64,000 nucleotides of DNA from the human T2T-CHM13v2.0 reference genome, Homo sapiens (GCF_009914755.1 NC_060926.1); one strand, 5' to 3'; positions 38,001 through 50,059 are shown, counted from the first letter of the stretch. Notes: generated from the letters alone by a model not told the origin. Program-made: numbers and translations.

Positions 38001-41000
38001 GAAATGTCAGACCTTTTCCCAACAGGCCTCTGCCTACCTTCTGAAGCCTCACTTCCTTGTCCTCCATACCCAGAACACCCTCCACTCTACTCCTACTCAA
38101 CTCTTCATATGCTCTTTCCCCTCTGTGCATGCTGTTCCTTCCGTGCAATGCCCTTCCTCATCCTGCCCGTGAAACTCCCAACCTCCTGGGCAAATGCTTT
38201 CAGACTCAGTTCAAACTTCCCTGGGAAATTTCCCTTAATCTAACTTCTTCCCTACTGTCCTCCAGACTCAGGTAAACCTCTACGGTGCTCCTGTTGTCCC
38301 TTGTAGACATCTCTACTGTGACAACAGTCACCCACAGAATGGTCATTACTGATGTCCATGTCTGTCTTCCCACTTTGCTGAGAGCTTGTTGAGGAAGAGC
38401 CTTTATCTCTCTCTCTCTCTCTCTCTCTCCCTCTCCCTAGGGCCGGTTCCCAGACGGTGCCATCCACAATGTGGTCTGTGTGAATGATGCCTCTTGAAGT
38501 TCAATATGTAACCTGCATGGCTGTACAGAATGGCCCTAGAGAAGAGTGCTTGTTCCATAAATGCTTCTTGCCTTACACCGAGTAGCCGAGAAAGCTTTAT
38601 GTAGTTCTGTCAGCCATTGAGATACTCTTCTTTCACCACCACCCAGTGAAAAATCAGGGGTTCTAGGTGGACCCCGAGTTTCTCCCCAAAGGTGAGGGAA
38701 GAGAGTCAGTGCAGCCGAAACATGAAGACATGTATTCCTCATATTCTGCAGCAAAGGCTGAGCATGGTGGAGGTCCCTGAGCCAGAGCCTACCCCATGGC
38801 ATCCCCTACAGACCTCTCCAGCTACACTCCAGCCCAGTGGACATTAACTTCCCTAGACCCAGGACCCCTGGGAGATCTGGTGAAATAAGGGAGTTGATGA
38901 ACACCCCAAAAACCATCTGTGGATCCCAAGATACAACATATGCATCGAAAAGTTAGGGTGCTGTCTCTGGGGATCCTCTCTGTCACCCATGACTTGCATG
39001 GAGAATGCCAGGCTCCATCCAGGGGAAATGGGGCGGCACACTGAGTGGAAGCTTTGCGGCTGCGGGAGCCTAAGAAGTGGCTCAGGGTGCTCCACTGGGT
39101 TTTAACCTGCCAGGGGAAGTGATGTGAGGAAGGCATGAGGGTACAGAGGGCCCCGTGGAGAACCCCAGCATGTGGCTCCAGGAAGACCCCGACCTCCTGA
39201 AACATCCTGGCATTGGTGGCAGGGACTTCCTGGGGCTCAGTCTGTGACAGTCTTGGCCTCCACCCATGCCAGCTTCCCTTCCCACAGACAGCTGGGGATT
39301 GAGGCAGCCCTTTGTTCCCCACAGCCTGCAGCGAGCTCTGGAACTTTCTCAAGGGGAATGGGCTTCTGCAGGGGCTCTGAAGATCTGCAGAATTAGAGGT
39401 TGAAGAGAAATCCCGGAACCTCTGAAGGAGAGCCACACAGAGGAGACACAGCCTCTGAAACAGCAAAGAGGGCAGGTGCCAAGTGCAGCCCAGGAGACTT
39501 AGGTGCACGTTGGGAACACGTAAAAAGATTTTTTGGTAAAAAAAATTACCAAAGATTTTTTGGTAAAAATAGCTCCAGAGCCCACAACAAGCACAGGGCC
39601 TTGGAACCCTGTGGGCAGGGACAGACCAGTCCATGAGTGACAAATAGACACCTGTTTTTCTTTCCATTTAATAGCACACACCTTCAGAAAGTGAACAGGA
39701 GAGAACAAGATTTTTCTCAGGGCTGTGCTGTCAGTCTTGTCGCAGGTGGCTTTGTCCTCTAAGCAAGTGACCTCACCAGTGTCACCTACAAGCTTGCCTC
39801 TGGACCCAGGGAGGGTGGACCAGCTGGGCTTCTCCTGGCCACCTTCCCATTCTGCTGAGTCCAAGAAAAAAAGAGGGAGGCTCAAGGTCCAAGACCCACA
39901 CGGAGCCCAAATCTCAATGTCAGCCTGTGGCCTTGAAGATGGAGAAAGTCAGCTTCAGAATGAAATAAAAAATAGAGCCCCTCCCACCCACGGCTGCCTC
40001 TGCTGCTCCAGGCCCTCTGGGGGACAGCAGAACTGGGATCTCCAGGGCCCGGGAGGTTGGCTCAGCCAAGAGAGCTTTTTAAAAGCCCTGGGGCTTTTAG
40101 AGCTGAAGGGCCTTAGGGGAGTAGTTAATCCCCCTGCCCACCCCTCACTTTATAGGCTGACAATGAAGCTCAGCAGGCTCAGGACCACCCAAGGTCACCC
40201 GGCAAGGAAGTACAAAACCAACTCCTGGCTCCCTATTCAGTGCTCTTGTCCCTAATGCTGCTTCAAGGTGAAGATGGCTGGGGCTGGAGGCATTGGAAGG
40301 TGGACTCTCCAACTATGTCTGTGGACCCAGAACCACAGGACAACATAATATATGGTGCTTCTGTCAAGCGATGATGATAAATGTGTCCCCGGACCCTCCT
40401 TAGGAAGGACCCGTGGCAATTGTCCCAGGTATCTTCTTACTTGAATTCATACCATGCCCTCCATAAAAAGGGAGTAGGAGCAGAAAACCTGATCGTGACC
40501 TTGACTTCAGTCCCGAGAGACCAGGGGCCTGGAGGGCAAGTGATCTGCCCTGCCCTGGATGGCCCACGCCTGCAGGGCAAATGTGAATTCTCAGACCCAG
40601 CCTCCTGACTCCGGCCTGGCCTGTGTTCCCCCCAGCCTGAAGCTATAACCCGAGCCTGGCACTCCCACCCCTACCCTCAGCCTATACGGGCAGCAGATAT
40701 CACAGGCACACTCAGGATGGTAAAAATAGCTCCAGAGCCCACAACAAGCTGAAGTCCTTCTCTGCCAGGCCAGGGTGCCAGCCTGGGCACTCAGAGATCC
40801 CTGGCTAGAGGAGAGTCAAGCTGCCAAAATCTCTGCCAAAGTCAGGAGAAAGCCGTGAATGGGAGCCCACAGGAGGCCGGTGGGGAATGGTGAGCACTGG
40901 AGGTGCCCCAAAGCTCAGGCCAAAGATGCAGGGAGGGGGCGTCCTGAATAACATCTCACCAGAGCTATCCATGCATCCACCTCATTCCCTCTGCCAACCC

Positions 41001-41340
41001 CATTCGCGCACAAGACGAACCGTTACCCCCGCAAGACTTAGGACAACTCAGACACACGGCCCCCCCACCAACCCAGATACCCTCGCCCTGAAAGCTATGG
41101 CTCTTACGTGTCCCAGAAGCAAGTCCAGGAAGGGGACCACCAGGCCCGTCACATCCACATCAGACAGCAGCACAGCGGGCCACAGCCCCACTCAGCCACA
41201 AGCCCTTCCAAGGTGGGGTCGTGACAGAGCCTGCCCCTCCACACCCTCCCAGCACAGAAGCACGAGCACCCCAGCCCAGATCCAGCAGAAAGCCACACAA
41301 GAACACTCACAGGCAAAACAACTGCCCAGCAGACACTTAC

Positions 41341-41477
41341 CCTCTGGAGGGAGGGAGGGAGAGGGAGGAAGCGGAGGGAAGCCCGCTCTGATTTGATCCT
41401 GGTGCCCCAAGTTCCCAATAATTCCTACATGGCTGCAGCTCCAAGTGCTGTCTGTGTCCTACTCAAGCTCCCTCCGA
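41341..41477 (-). other. TNS1: Candidate non-canonical TNS1 exon (internal first exon or cryptic cassette); 5' boundary uncertain
   Basis: Donor CCAGAGG|gtaagtgt at 41341; possible acceptor cctcccacccctgacag at 41478; contains GCC ATG TAG. Confidence 0.5.
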
Positions 41478-41518
41478 CTGTCAGGGGTGGGAGGAGCCAG
41501 TGCCGCCTGCCTGCCCAT

Positions 41519-41520
<2 letters not shown>

Positions 41521-41550
<30 letters not shown>
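41521..41550. repeat. (AC)15 microsatellite
   Basis: Direct inspection. Confidence 0.95.
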
Positions 41551-41552
<2 letters not shown>

Positions 41553-41779
41553 CACTCCCTCCCTCCCTCCACTCTCCTGCACGCTCTCTCCCCAGCTCAG
41601 CTTGCTCTGCCTCACTCTGGCTTGTAGGAAGCCAGTGGGATAAAACTGTCTGTAATTTCAGCCAGCTGGGTCCCCAGGGCTTCACTTATCATCCTGCAGC
41701 TATGCCGTTCTTGAATGACATCACGGTGGCTTCCCAAGCCCTTCACTCCCACCGGCCGGGAGTCAGGAAAAGTGGCCAG

Positions 41780-41975
41780 CCCAGTCCAACTCCAGCCCCA
41801 ACCCCAGCCCAGCCCCAGCCCCAGCCCCAGCCCCTGCTCAACTCTCACCCAGCACAGTCTAGCCCAGCCTGGTCCCAGCACAGCCCAGCCCAGCCCCACC
41901 GGGTCCCAGTCCAGCCCAGCCCAGTCCCAGTGTAGCCCAGCCCAGCCCCAGTCCCAAACCCATGGCAGCCCCAGT
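41780..41975. repeat. (CCCAG)n/(CCCCAG)n repeat; (GGGCT)n on the transcribed sense strand
   Basis: More than 20 degenerate cagcc/cccag units. Confidence 0.9.
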
Positions 41976-42093
41976 GCCCTGAAGAGAAGCAGGGAGAGAA
42001 TCTGGGAGCAAAGTGAAACTGAGCCCCAAGCGGAAAGGCAGGGATGCAAGGGCCAGAGAGGGAGGGGAGAGAGGTCCTATGAGGGTATTGAGA

Positions 42094-42099
42094 TTTATT
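42094..42099 (-). terminator. Candidate intronic polyadenylation signal AATAAA
   Basis: Plus-strand tttatt ~350 nt downstream of the alternative stop codon; the downstream element is CU-rich rather than clearly GU-rich. Confidence 0.45.
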
Positions 42100-42446
42100 T
42101 CCCCAAATTTTCCACATTTTTTTTCCATTCTCAGCAAATGGAAGGCAGAACAGATGACAACAATTTTCCAGCTGCTGAACAATAAGGTGGAAATCTTTTT
42201 TTCCCTCTCTCTCCCCCTTTCCCCTCCACAGGGCAGAGTCCAGGAGCCAGAACACTTCCTTGGCTTGGAAAAGGAAAAAGAAAAAACCCCACAGGGTCCT
42301 GCACTTCCCAGAGGTGAACACAGGACCTGAATAGAAGGACTGGGGTGTCACCCAGGCAGGGCTCCAGGAGGGGACAGGAGCCCCAACATGAAGTTCTCAG
42401 TGCAAAGCTTTGGATTCTGGCTTGGCAACTTGACATTTTGGAGGGC

Positions 42447-42550
42447 CTAACTTTGGGAAGGCCAGTGTGTGTCTGGCCAGGTATATTGATCCTCCAGGCC
42501 ACCTGAGATGCTTCCAATTGACTGGCTATTGGTATTCTGTTTGTTCCCAT
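42447..42550 (-). CDS. TNS1: Alternative TNS1 exon: terminal form DGNKQNTNSQSIGSISGGLEDQYTWPDTHWPSQS*, or 48/99-nt in-frame cassette
   Basis: Acceptor atttccacag|AT GGG AAC in phase 1 after exon 63747-63863; phase-1 donors at 42503 (CAG|gtggcc) and 42452 (AAA|gttagg); TAG at 42447-42449; minus-strand AATAAA at 42094-42099. Confidence 0.7.
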
Positions 42551-44424
42551 CTGTGGAAATCATGAATAGCAGAGTATCACTTTTCAGAGTTCGCAATGCC
42601 TCACCCTCGTTCCCAACCACCCAGATCCGAGAGCCATGCAGCTGAAAGGCAGGTGAACGGCCCTCAAGTTCCCACCATTATCCTGATGTGCCCTGGAAAG
42701 TGCCAGGAGTCCCTAACTGATAATAAGACACCAAATCCCCACTCTTATTAACATGTTGTTTGTGACTTATTTGCATATCAATTGAATCTCCCAACCCAAT
42801 TCTCAGAGTGGACAGGAGGTGATCTGGGCTTTGCGGCCAGGCCAGTGGGAGCTTCAGCGACTGGTGTCTCCATGCAGAGGGCCCCAGTTAGTTTGCAACC
42901 CCAAAATGCTTCCACAGACACAGGCTTGCCCTGAGCTATGGCTACCCCATCCTCGTGCCCAGACCTTCCCAGCTAAGTTTGGTACAGCGAGATTGGGAGG
43001 GAAAGCCCTGCCAGGCACAGCCCAACTACTCCCTGTGTTTCCCCTCAGACACCTGAGCCCTCAGCCCCTCGCCATTTTCAGCACCCCTCTCTGGCTGCTG
43101 TTCTTTGAGGGTAAAGAAAGAAAATAAGGGGAAGAACAAAAATGGTACCCAGTGCCCTGTACCCTGGCCACTGACCTATCTTCACTGATGAGATAAAATG
43201 GGACAGCTCGGTGTCACAGACTTCAAAGAGACCACTAAAAATAAGGAGACCAGGGGAGGGGAAGCAGAGGGGTTCTATGCCTCAGGCTCCACCTGGGGAA
43301 GACCACAGTTTGGACAAACTATTGCAATTATCCTCCTACCTCCATAGAGTCTTCTAGAACTAACCAACAAACCTCGGGCTCTTGAAAGGTTTAAGGCACC
43401 CCAGTTCACCCACTTGTCCCCACCCCAACCAACCCACAACAGTATTAGCAGAGATTTTGTTTGCACGCAACCTTCATGTTTATTTGTCCATCTGAATATC
43501 ATCTACATTATTATTTTGTAAGTTATAAAAATAAACTTCATTTAACTTAAACTAGTTCTAAGCACAATATCCATGATGTCCCAGATTGAATGTGCAAAAT
43601 ACATACCTTTTTTTCCAATACACATCAAAATAAATATACCTAATATCAGTTCATATATAATTAGCAGTCTGACCATACTTTGGAACCTGAACCTTACTTT
43701 GGAAAACACTACCACACAATAGTTCCTGCCAGTGGCAACCCCATCTGATGGTTCTCCACTATCATCCAGGGGGACTAGCTATACTAGAAAGCCCCCAGGG
43801 AGTTTTATAAGAACCCCGATCCCCTGGCTCCACACAGAGGCAAAACTGTCTGGAATGGGGCCTGGGACTTTGAATTTGAAAATGCTCCCCAGCTGCAAAT
43901 AATAAGAGAGTCAGGTTTGGCAAAAACTGTTCCTAGCTGTACTCAAATTCTTCCAGGTACAGGGATTTTACTGTCTTCCTCCAAAAGCCCAGCTCATCTT
44001 TAGGGGGCCGTAACAGTGGATTTTAGCTCAACATAGGAAAAAACACCCTGGAGCCCTCTTTTCCACTAACTGGCCTTACAGTGCCCGATGGAGTGGGTCA
44101 GAACAAGCCAATCGCCCCCTCGCTAGAGCCCTTCAGATACTGAATGAGACGTGCCTGCCCTCCTGAATCTCCCCTTTGACAGGCAACCCCTCTCCCTGCA
44201 AGTCCCTGAGCCTGACATACTTTCTGGTTGCTTCTCTGCACTTGCTTCCAGTCGTTCTTTATCACTTTGAAGCAAGGGACCCACAAACAGCCCATGTGGG
44301 CGCTCTGACTTAAAAGAGGCACAACAGGCCTGTCACCTCCCATTTTCTGGAAACCATGCTTTTGTTAATGCAGCCTAAGATTATGCCTGGCCCTTCTCAT
44401 TCTCATCACTTCAGCATCTGCCAG

Positions 44425-44640
44425 GTTAAGAACATGGACTTGGAAGTCAGACATTGGTTTGAATACAGATACTACCAACTACTAGCTTAAGGCAACCCTG
44501 AGCCAATTACTTGGCTGAGCTTCAGTTTCCTTATCTGTAAAATGGGTATACTAGTCATTGTATCTCAGTAAGTAGTGCAAAGACTGATATAACACATGAA
44601 AAGCTCTCAGCACAGTGTACAGAACACAGAAGTGCTCCAA
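44425..44640 (+). mobile_element. MIR SINE
   Basis: ggttaagaacatggacttggaagtcagac...ttcagtttccttatctgtaaaatggg...aagctctcagcacagtg. Confidence 0.8.
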
Positions 44641-46159
44641 AGGACAGAACACGAGTAGTGCAGCGTGGGCTTCCCCGTCTCCCTTCCCTAGCCCTGTGCC
44701 CCCTGAGCAGTACCTCTGTGACCCTATCTCACCAGCCCATATGTATCACACCCAGTGCTTAAGCTTCAGGACATACAATTTGGCCCACCCGATCTCTGCT
44801 CAAAAATCATGGCCTGGAATGGCCAGCATAGAGAAGAGGCTTCCAAAATGGTGCAGACTACAAGGATGTGATGCCATTCCATTAACAAATACTGAGCCTA
44901 TCCCAACACTGATTACTGCCAATGGTGTGCCTGAAAATGCATTGCCACTTCCACCTGCAGAGATGAATTCAGCCTCAAGGACCACAAGGAGAGAAGGACG
45001 GGCACAACCTCAGCTGCATGCATAAATAGGAAAGGACTTCCTGGGGGCTTGGGCAGAGGGCAGGGCATGGCAAATCTGGTTCAAAAAAGAATACACTTCG
45101 TCTTACCATGTTTCTATTTGGGGGAAAAAAAAAGACAATTTTTTTTCTTAAAACAAACTACAGGAAATAGCAGGAGAAAAGTCTTTCCCAATAGTGGGTG
45201 GGTTAAACTAAGCTTGAAAGATGATGGTATTACTCTGTCTTCAGAGGCAGCCCAGTATCCCCTGTACCCCCTGAGGTGGCCCTGAGCAGGGCAGTTTCAT
45301 AAAACACAAGTTCTAGAGGTAGGAGGGTGGGTCTGGATACCTTCTGGAAACTTCTCAGGTGCCAAGGATTCTTCAAGACCCCAGATTTGCCACATGGCAC
45401 CGCACTGTGGGCAGTCAGCCCAGGCAATTTCCTAGAATCCCCGCATGGTCAAGCCAGAGGATGTTGTGAGTTCATTGGGCCCAACCCACCCACCCGATTT
45501 CATCTGTCCAAGTCAGCGAAGGGAAGAGTTTCCCACTGTCACACATGGTCAGTGCTGGAGTGAGATTGCCACCAGGGCCCCTGGCTCTCAGAGGGAGTCC
45601 TCCCCACTGCCAGATCTCAGTCAGATGCCATGAGATGGGTGCTCAGAGACTGTGAACTCTCATTACAGAAGAACCACAAATGTCTGCAGGTCTAGCTGTG
45701 CGAGGAAAGTAGGATATTGGTGGACAATTCTACAATGAAGACACACTTCCCAACTGTAGGTCAAGCAAATGCCCCCATTCCCTCCAGACCATCCTTCCAG
45801 CCAGCAGACCTACAGCTGGAGCCAGGTGGCCAGGGCCCCTCACCCACACTGAGGGGTCTCTCCAGGGAGGAAGGGGGCCCAGCCTCCCTGGTCACCCCCT
45901 CCAAGGCTTAGTCCCTTCCTGTCAAGTTCTTTCTTTTCATTCGTAGGTATAAAGCAACATTCCTGGCCTGGCTCTTTGTTCTTCCTCGTAAAGAACAGAA
46001 TGGCTGAGTGCTTTGGTTTCCAAGCAGCCGGGTCCCAGAACAGAAGGAGGAAACAGAACAGAGTGTCTCCAGTGAAAGACTACTTCACACCCTGCAGGTG
46101 GGACAGGTGAGATCACAAAGATGAGAGGTTAGAGGAAAGAGGAGCACCCCCAGGTAGCC

Positions 46160-46372
46160 AGGGCCCCCCAGGGAATGTGTGACAATACTGCAGATATTTG
46201 GGGTTATCACACCTGGAGGAAATACTACTGGTGTCTAGTGGGTACAGGCCAAAGATGCTGCTAAACATCCTACAATACACAGGACAGACCCCCACAACAA
46301 GCAATTGTTGTGGTGGTCCCAAGCAATTGTATTGGTCCCAAATGCCAATAGTACCACAGGTGAGAGGCCCTG
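46160..46372. mobile_element. MER20 (hAT-Charlie)
   Basis: tactggtgtctagtgggtacaggccaaagatgctgctaaacatcctacaatacacaggacagaccccc...aaatgccaatagt. Confidence 0.85.
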
Positions 46373-47784
46373 AGCTAGACTGAGGGATGAAGGAGCCTGG
46401 GGTGTAATAGACCGATCTCCGAACTAAGACTCAAGAGTCTTGGGTTTCAACCCCATCTGGGCCACTACTTCACTGCTTAAACTTGGGCAAGTGATTTCCT
46501 TTTCCTGGGACTCAGTTTCCAACGTGGTAAAATGAGTGGGAGGAGATAAGCTTTGAACTCTAAAACTTCTGGTTCTATGGACAGCCATCAAGGAAGAGAA
46601 AGACATGGCTGGAGGGAGCAGTCAGGACAGGAGAAGGAAGGGGTCTCCCAAGATAGGCATGGTGTCAAGGTTCAAACGTCTGGGGATAGAGGGAGGAAGG
46701 GCCCGCTGCCTGGGGTGGGCACAGCAGCTGCATATGTGATGAAAACATGTCCTTAGACCTCCCCAGGACCTCCTCCCTGCCTCCCAGCCCAGTGGACAGG
46801 GAAGACAGGGCCATCGGAGCAGGACAAGCTTCAGGCACCCCTGGCAGGGCCTCAGCCTTCCAGGGTCTTCACACTTCCCATCCCAGGAAGGCAGTGGGCA
46901 GGGCCAGGCCCAGGAGCATGTTCCCTAAGAACAGGACAGGAGCCCTAGTGCCAGAGGATTACTCAGGAAGGGAATTGTCAACTCCCAGGCAGATGTTTGT
47001 GTTGGATGAGGGTCGGGACATATCCACTCACCGCGCTTCTGCTTCTCCCCACCCTTACTGCTCCCAGGACGTGGACACCATGTCAGTGGCAGTCCTCACT
47101 GAATGGGGAGAGGGTATATGGGGCTTTGGGAGCAAGGGCGAAGGAGAGGGTAGAATGGAATGAGGCAGGCATGTTATTGAGTATGTGCCTGCACGTTAAT
47201 GGAAGTTCCCTTGCTTGGTTCCACAACTGCCTTTCAAAGTGGATATTGTTATGCCATCTTCCTGATAAAGAAACTAAGGCTCAGGGGTTGGAGCTTGCTC
47301 AGGATTACATTGCCAGTCTGACTCTGACATTCATGCTCTTTCTGCTTCCCAGAAAGGAAGGAGAAACAAGAAAGGAGATGGAGGAGGCAAAGGTTTAGAT
47401 CTTAGAAGATCCAACAAGAAAAAAGGAGTGGAGAGTGACAATAAAGTCACAATGCTGGTTTATAACAAACTCCAGCAGGCAAGTGAGCACTGTCCCCATC
47501 AAACTGGTTCCCTGGGAATTTTATGCATTTATCCTCACAATGCTACCAGAGCTCAAAGCATTTCTGGAAACAAGTAGAACACTGCCTCAGGGCTGGTTTA
47601 TAATTCACACGAATGAAACCATCTCTGCAAGTGAGGTCAATCACTATTCCTGATCCCAAACAGGCCCATTCTCTCAGCATCCACATATAAGTTGGGTTAT
47701 CAAACTGGCTGGGCAGTTTTATAATTACAGCTCCCAATACTGTACGCAGTGGGGCAGAGTTGGGGTACGCAGTGGGGCAGAGAT

Positions 47785-48065
47785 CCATGTGGTTCCATGC
47801 AGAGAGGTGGGTGTGTGCAGAGGAGCCCATGTGGTTCCATGCATGAGAGGTGGCTATGACTACAGGGGTCCATGTGCTTCCATGCATGAGAGGTGGCTAT
47901 GACTAGAGGGATCCATGTGGTTCCATGCATGAGAGGTGGTTGTGAGCAGAGGGGTCCATGTGGTTCCATGTGTGAGAGGTGACTATGAGTCAAGGGGTCC
48001 CTGTGGCTCCATGCATGAGAGGTGGCTATGAGTACAGGAGTCCATGTGGTTACATGCATGAGTAG
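47785..48065. repeat. Minisatellite, ~43-bp unit, ~6.5 copies
   Basis: Unit ccatgtggttccatgcatgagaggtggctatgactacaggggt starting at 47785, 47827, 47870, 47913, 47956, 47999, 48042. Confidence 0.95.
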
Positions 48066-50059
48066 GTGCAGAGGTGGGTGGAGGATCTGGGTGGGTATCT
48101 GCTTCCTTCCCCAAATAAGCCCATCTAGGGCTAGGCTGAAAGTGACTCACTTATGCAGAGGCCACCAAACCATGAAGCACAGGCCTGCATGGCAGACAGA
48201 AGCCAGGGCACCACCCTTGGGCCTTTCTGCCTTTGCATCACATGAGGAGCGCCCATCTGCTTCTCGAAGGTTCTCAAGCAATGTGCAGACAGAGAGAGGA
48301 AGGCAGGGAAGAAGGAGAGAGCTGAGAAGCTTTGAGCTTTCATATCAAAATCTGATCTCACTGCCCCTGGAGAAGGAGAAGAACACACATCAAAGAACAC
48401 TTTGCTGCTAACAATTTTTTTAAGCAATCAAAGGCATAAGTCCCAGATAAGCAGCCAGGGCATCGACTGGCTGTAAAGATGTAAAGATTGGGCAGTCTGA
48501 AGCTCCCCACATCCATCAACAGCTCTGTTGCTGCTTCCCAGGGCACAGGGAGATAAATGGCCCAGGGATTGAACAACTGAGGTCCAGTATTCTGGAGCCA
48601 GGAGTGTCTGAGGCAGGACACCCCAGGTCCCTGAGGGATAGTCTTGTGAGTGTAAATAATGCTTGAGCAAAGAAAGAGGGGCAGGAGAAAAGGGACTTTG
48701 GGGTGAGACTCCTGAGTCCCCTTTGCACAAGAATGAGCTAGGACCTTGTCAGAACCCTCTAGAAGTTGCCTTGTTTTCCCATGTCCACAAGCCATGGTCA
48801 CTCATCCTACCTAGACAGATGCGTGGAGTGGAAAGGTTCTTCTCCTCAACTTTCAGAAAATCTAGAAAATCTAGTCCTGGCACCTGTTCCTGTTACTCAG
48901 ATCCCCCAAAGGCAAGAGGGTTCTCCTGAATGTCAGACCTCCATCCTTCCAGCAGCAGCTAAAACTCACCTCTCCAACTCTGCCCCTAGATCTCTAACCA
49001 GCCACGGTGTAACAAACAGACCTAAAGAAAATGCTGCCTGGCTGCAGCAGCAGACTAGGAGCCAAAGAGCCAGAATTCTAAGGGGTGATTTTGGACAGGC
49101 CTCAGTTTACTCCACTGTGCAATGGCAGAGGGCAAGTATAGGTGATCCCTAAAGTCCTGTTTGGATCTGGATCCTCAAGGATACAACTCAGAGAAGATGC
49201 TCTACCAGGCACTGTTTGGATCCCAGAGCCCCTGGACTTGGCAGGCCTGTATCTCCTCTCCTGCTTGGACCTGCCCGGGTGGCTTCAGGCTCCAAACTTG
49301 TCTGAGGCTATTTCTGCAGCAGCCATGGAGTCCCTGAGGCTAGGACAGAAAAGGGGACTTACAGGAAGTCTGTAAACACACACCAGGCTGCAGAGGTTCC
49401 CAGGGCCATGCAGGGCAATCAAGAGGCTGATTTATTTTCATCAGTGAAATGCTGAAACTTAATCCCTGGAGCAAGCTGACCCGGCAGACAGCGGCAGGCA
49501 GCTCCTCAACCAGAGCAGAATTAGCTAGTCCGCAGCCTCTCAGGCCTCTCCACTGGGGCTGGCAGAGGGAGGGGACAGGGAGAAGGCTGGGGCTGGCCAG
49601 TTCAGCCACTGTGGCTCCAGATCCCTTGGGCTGGCCTCTCCCCTCCCCCATCACTGGCCTGCAAGGGTCTCCAGGACACAGGCACAGCATTGGGCAGAGC
49701 TGGACAGGCAGGCTTCCCACTTTAACTCAGTTCCTATTCCCTAGGTTCTCAAACCCCAACTGCATGGGGCAGCAGGGCAGGGCTCCTCAGGACTCCTACC
49801 CTTGTCAGAAATGGTGAGAAATGTTATGCTGAGAAATGGTGGGTGTCAGAATCCAAGCTCTACCCCTACCTGGCTGTGTAAGCATCAGTAAGTTACTTAA
49901 CCTCTCTGTGCTTGTTTCTTCATCTGTGAAATAGGAACAAGAGAACTCAGGTCACAGGAGAGTCATGAGGAGTACAAGAAATTATGGGTACCTAACAGTA
50001 TCTCACATATTGGGGGGTGCATATTAAAGGAGGTGGGCGGATAGATTCTCCTCCTCATC

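Noticed and set aside
38822-39667. 281-aa minus-strand ORF, the longest non-exonic one
   Set aside because: No recognisable domain or splice support; its FYQKIF repeat comes from the DNA repair scar.
42131-42550. 139-aa ORF starting MGTNRIPIASQ
   Set aside because: The ATG is just the first bases after a splice acceptor; the TNS1-compatible frame is DGNKQ....
47785-48065. Regularly spaced repeats resembling a CRISPR array
   Set aside because: Head-to-tail tandem units without unique spacers in human DNA; it is a minisatellite.
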